A stretch of DNA of 63,760 bases, the filler included, from Lenisia limosa (Eukaryota; Protista; Breviatea), in NCBI GenBank assembly GCA_001655205.1. It is 16 parts of 16 records of this genome, joined end to end, with 100 filler letters (N's around TTAATTAATTAA, not from the genome) between each part and the next. Parts side by side here need not be neighbours in the genome. Positions count along the whole stretch, not along the records: positions 60,824 to 62,603 come from LPNZ01001801.1; positions 62,704 to 63,760 come from LPNZ01001462.1; 14 more parts are not named here. One strand, 5' to 3'. The position numbers and the translations under genes are program-made. Under the pieces are notes generated by a model that saw nothing but the letters and a program-made list of their open reading frames with translations, had not been told where the DNA came from and ran no database searches. The stretch's first letter is position 1; each line of letters begins with the position of its first letter. Positions 62,149 to 63,760 of this stretch are shown here, piece after piece.

Positions 62149-62603
62149 GGACCTAAATGTTCCAGAAAGTTCGATACTTGCCTAATTGGGAAAACAGGAT
62201 TGAAAAAGTAAAAAAAACGGTCGTTTCTCATCATACGGCCCTTTAAAACTTCGAATGACTTCAAAAACTGAAAGCCAGACCCCCAAAACCCGCAAAATGG
62301 TCGAATCGTATTTTGAAATAGCGTAATAATAAGCCTGACATGTTGACTGAAATTAGCATCTGTGGAACATTCGAGATTTTTGGTAATTTTAATCAAAAAG
62401 TCAGGATTTTTATCTCGAGCCTACTTACGCTATTTCAAAATCCGATTCGACCATTTTGCGGGTTTTGGGGGTCTGGCTTTCAGTTTTTGAAGTCATTCGA
62501 AGTTTTAAAGGGCCGTATGATGAGAAACGACCGTTTTTTTTTTACTTTTTCAACCCTGTTTTCCCAATTAGGCAAGTATCGAACTTTCTGGAACATTTAG
62601 GTC
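62149..62603. repeat. Foldback inverted repeat with ~178-bp arms and ~100-bp spacer
   Basis: 62149-62325 is the near-exact reverse complement of 62426-62603. Confidence 0.85.
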
Positions 62604-63505
62604 NNNNNNNNNNNNNNNNNNNNNNNNNNNNNNNNNNNNNNNNNNNNTTAATTAATTAANNNNNNNNNNNNNNNNNNNNNNNNNNNNNNNNNNNNNNNNN
62701 NNNGAGGGGTCGATAACGACTTCGTTATTAATTCGGCTAATAACAATTCCTGCAGCAGAGAACACTTTGTCGACGTGGTCTGGGTGAGTTGCGATGTAAA
62801 ACGCTCTCAAGCAAGCCTTCAAGGAGCAGCAGCGGTTGTGGGCAGTCTTTGTGACACCCTCAGGGATGGGTGCTGAGAGCAATTGGGTAAGTTCGCTTCT
62901 CATTGACTTCTTCGTTGTTCCGCAATAGAGAGTGAGTCTAATTTATATTTAGCTCAGAAAGCTGCTAAGACGGAAGAAGATCGTATCAAGAAGCTTGGTA
63001 AGCGCCTTTAATTCAGGTTTTTCTTATTTCACTTAGCTCGCAAAACAGAAATCCAATCAAAGCAATGCAACAAAAAAGGTGCCTGAATATTTTGGAAAAG
63101 TAGTCTCAATTATGTACAATTTTGACTATTGTAGGCCGTCGCTCCCGTAAATAGTTTATCCGTTAGCTGTATTTCCGCTGTTGTGTTTTAATATATATTG
63201 TTTACTTATCATTTATCGTCTCTTATATATGCACAAATAGAAAAAATGAGTGAAAAAAAGACTTTCTCAGAAAATACAATTTCAAAAAACTGGGCCCCTT
63301 CATATGCACTGGGCCCCTTCATATTCCCTGACCTATATGCAAAAAGTAGTAGTATATAATAGATTGAAAAAATATAAACGATATAATTAATGCAATCCTA
63401 TCAGTACTTACCTCCTGATTTGAGGTGGTCATCATTTCGACTGCTTTACGAGCCGACTCCGGAGCCCCCTGGCATTCCTTTGTGGTAAGATAGTAAGATC
63501 GTAAC

Positions 63506-63583
63506 TAGAACTTCACTTTGGTTCGAAAAAAAGACTAAATTTCTCGATAAATCGATGTTGTCCCGAACCGAAGTGAAGACTTG
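63506..63583. mobile_element. hAT-type MITE, deleted
   Basis: tagaacttcactttggttcgaaaaaaagac...cgaaccgaagtgaagac. Confidence 0.7.
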
Positions 63584-63760
63584 GTAAGATCGTAAGATCG
63601 CAACGTTTGGGGGGTGGGGCGTGCATGATTTATGAAGAAAGCCATCAACAGCATTACGGGTCTCTCTATAATGGGAGAGACCCCTTCCCTCCAACTCCTA
63701 CAAGCCCCTTCCCTCCAACCACAGCTGTAACAAGAGTGCTGGCAGCTATTTTGCCGTTTT

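Overview
Eukaryotic nuclear DNA from an intron-rich protist-like genome using the standard code. It is not one locus: 16 short contigs are joined by artificial 100-nt linkers (44 N + TTAATTAATTAA + 44 N), and many further N blocks hide repeats or gaps. Recognisable spliced genes, mostly partial, are RNA polymerase I largest subunit, a class I cyclic-nucleotide phosphodiesterase, a WD40 protein, DBP8/DDX49, an intron-containing pogo/Fot1-type transposase, a UPF0577/ELAPOR-like membrane protein, an OsmC-like protein, ENY2/Sus1, CPSF160, a complete mitoferrin and a TPR protein. Introns are either tiny (21-35 nt) or swollen with MITEs (hAT-type with 8-bp TSDs, Tc1-like, CACTA-like). The main unexplained signal is that several introns restore conserved protein motifs only if they end in TG rather than AG (GT-TG introns; five cases in four unrelated genes). 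The second is a dispersed ~100-150-nt cassette that is always in sense orientation inside introns and often supplies the 3' splice site. All gene models and family calls were made by hand without database searches or RNA data.
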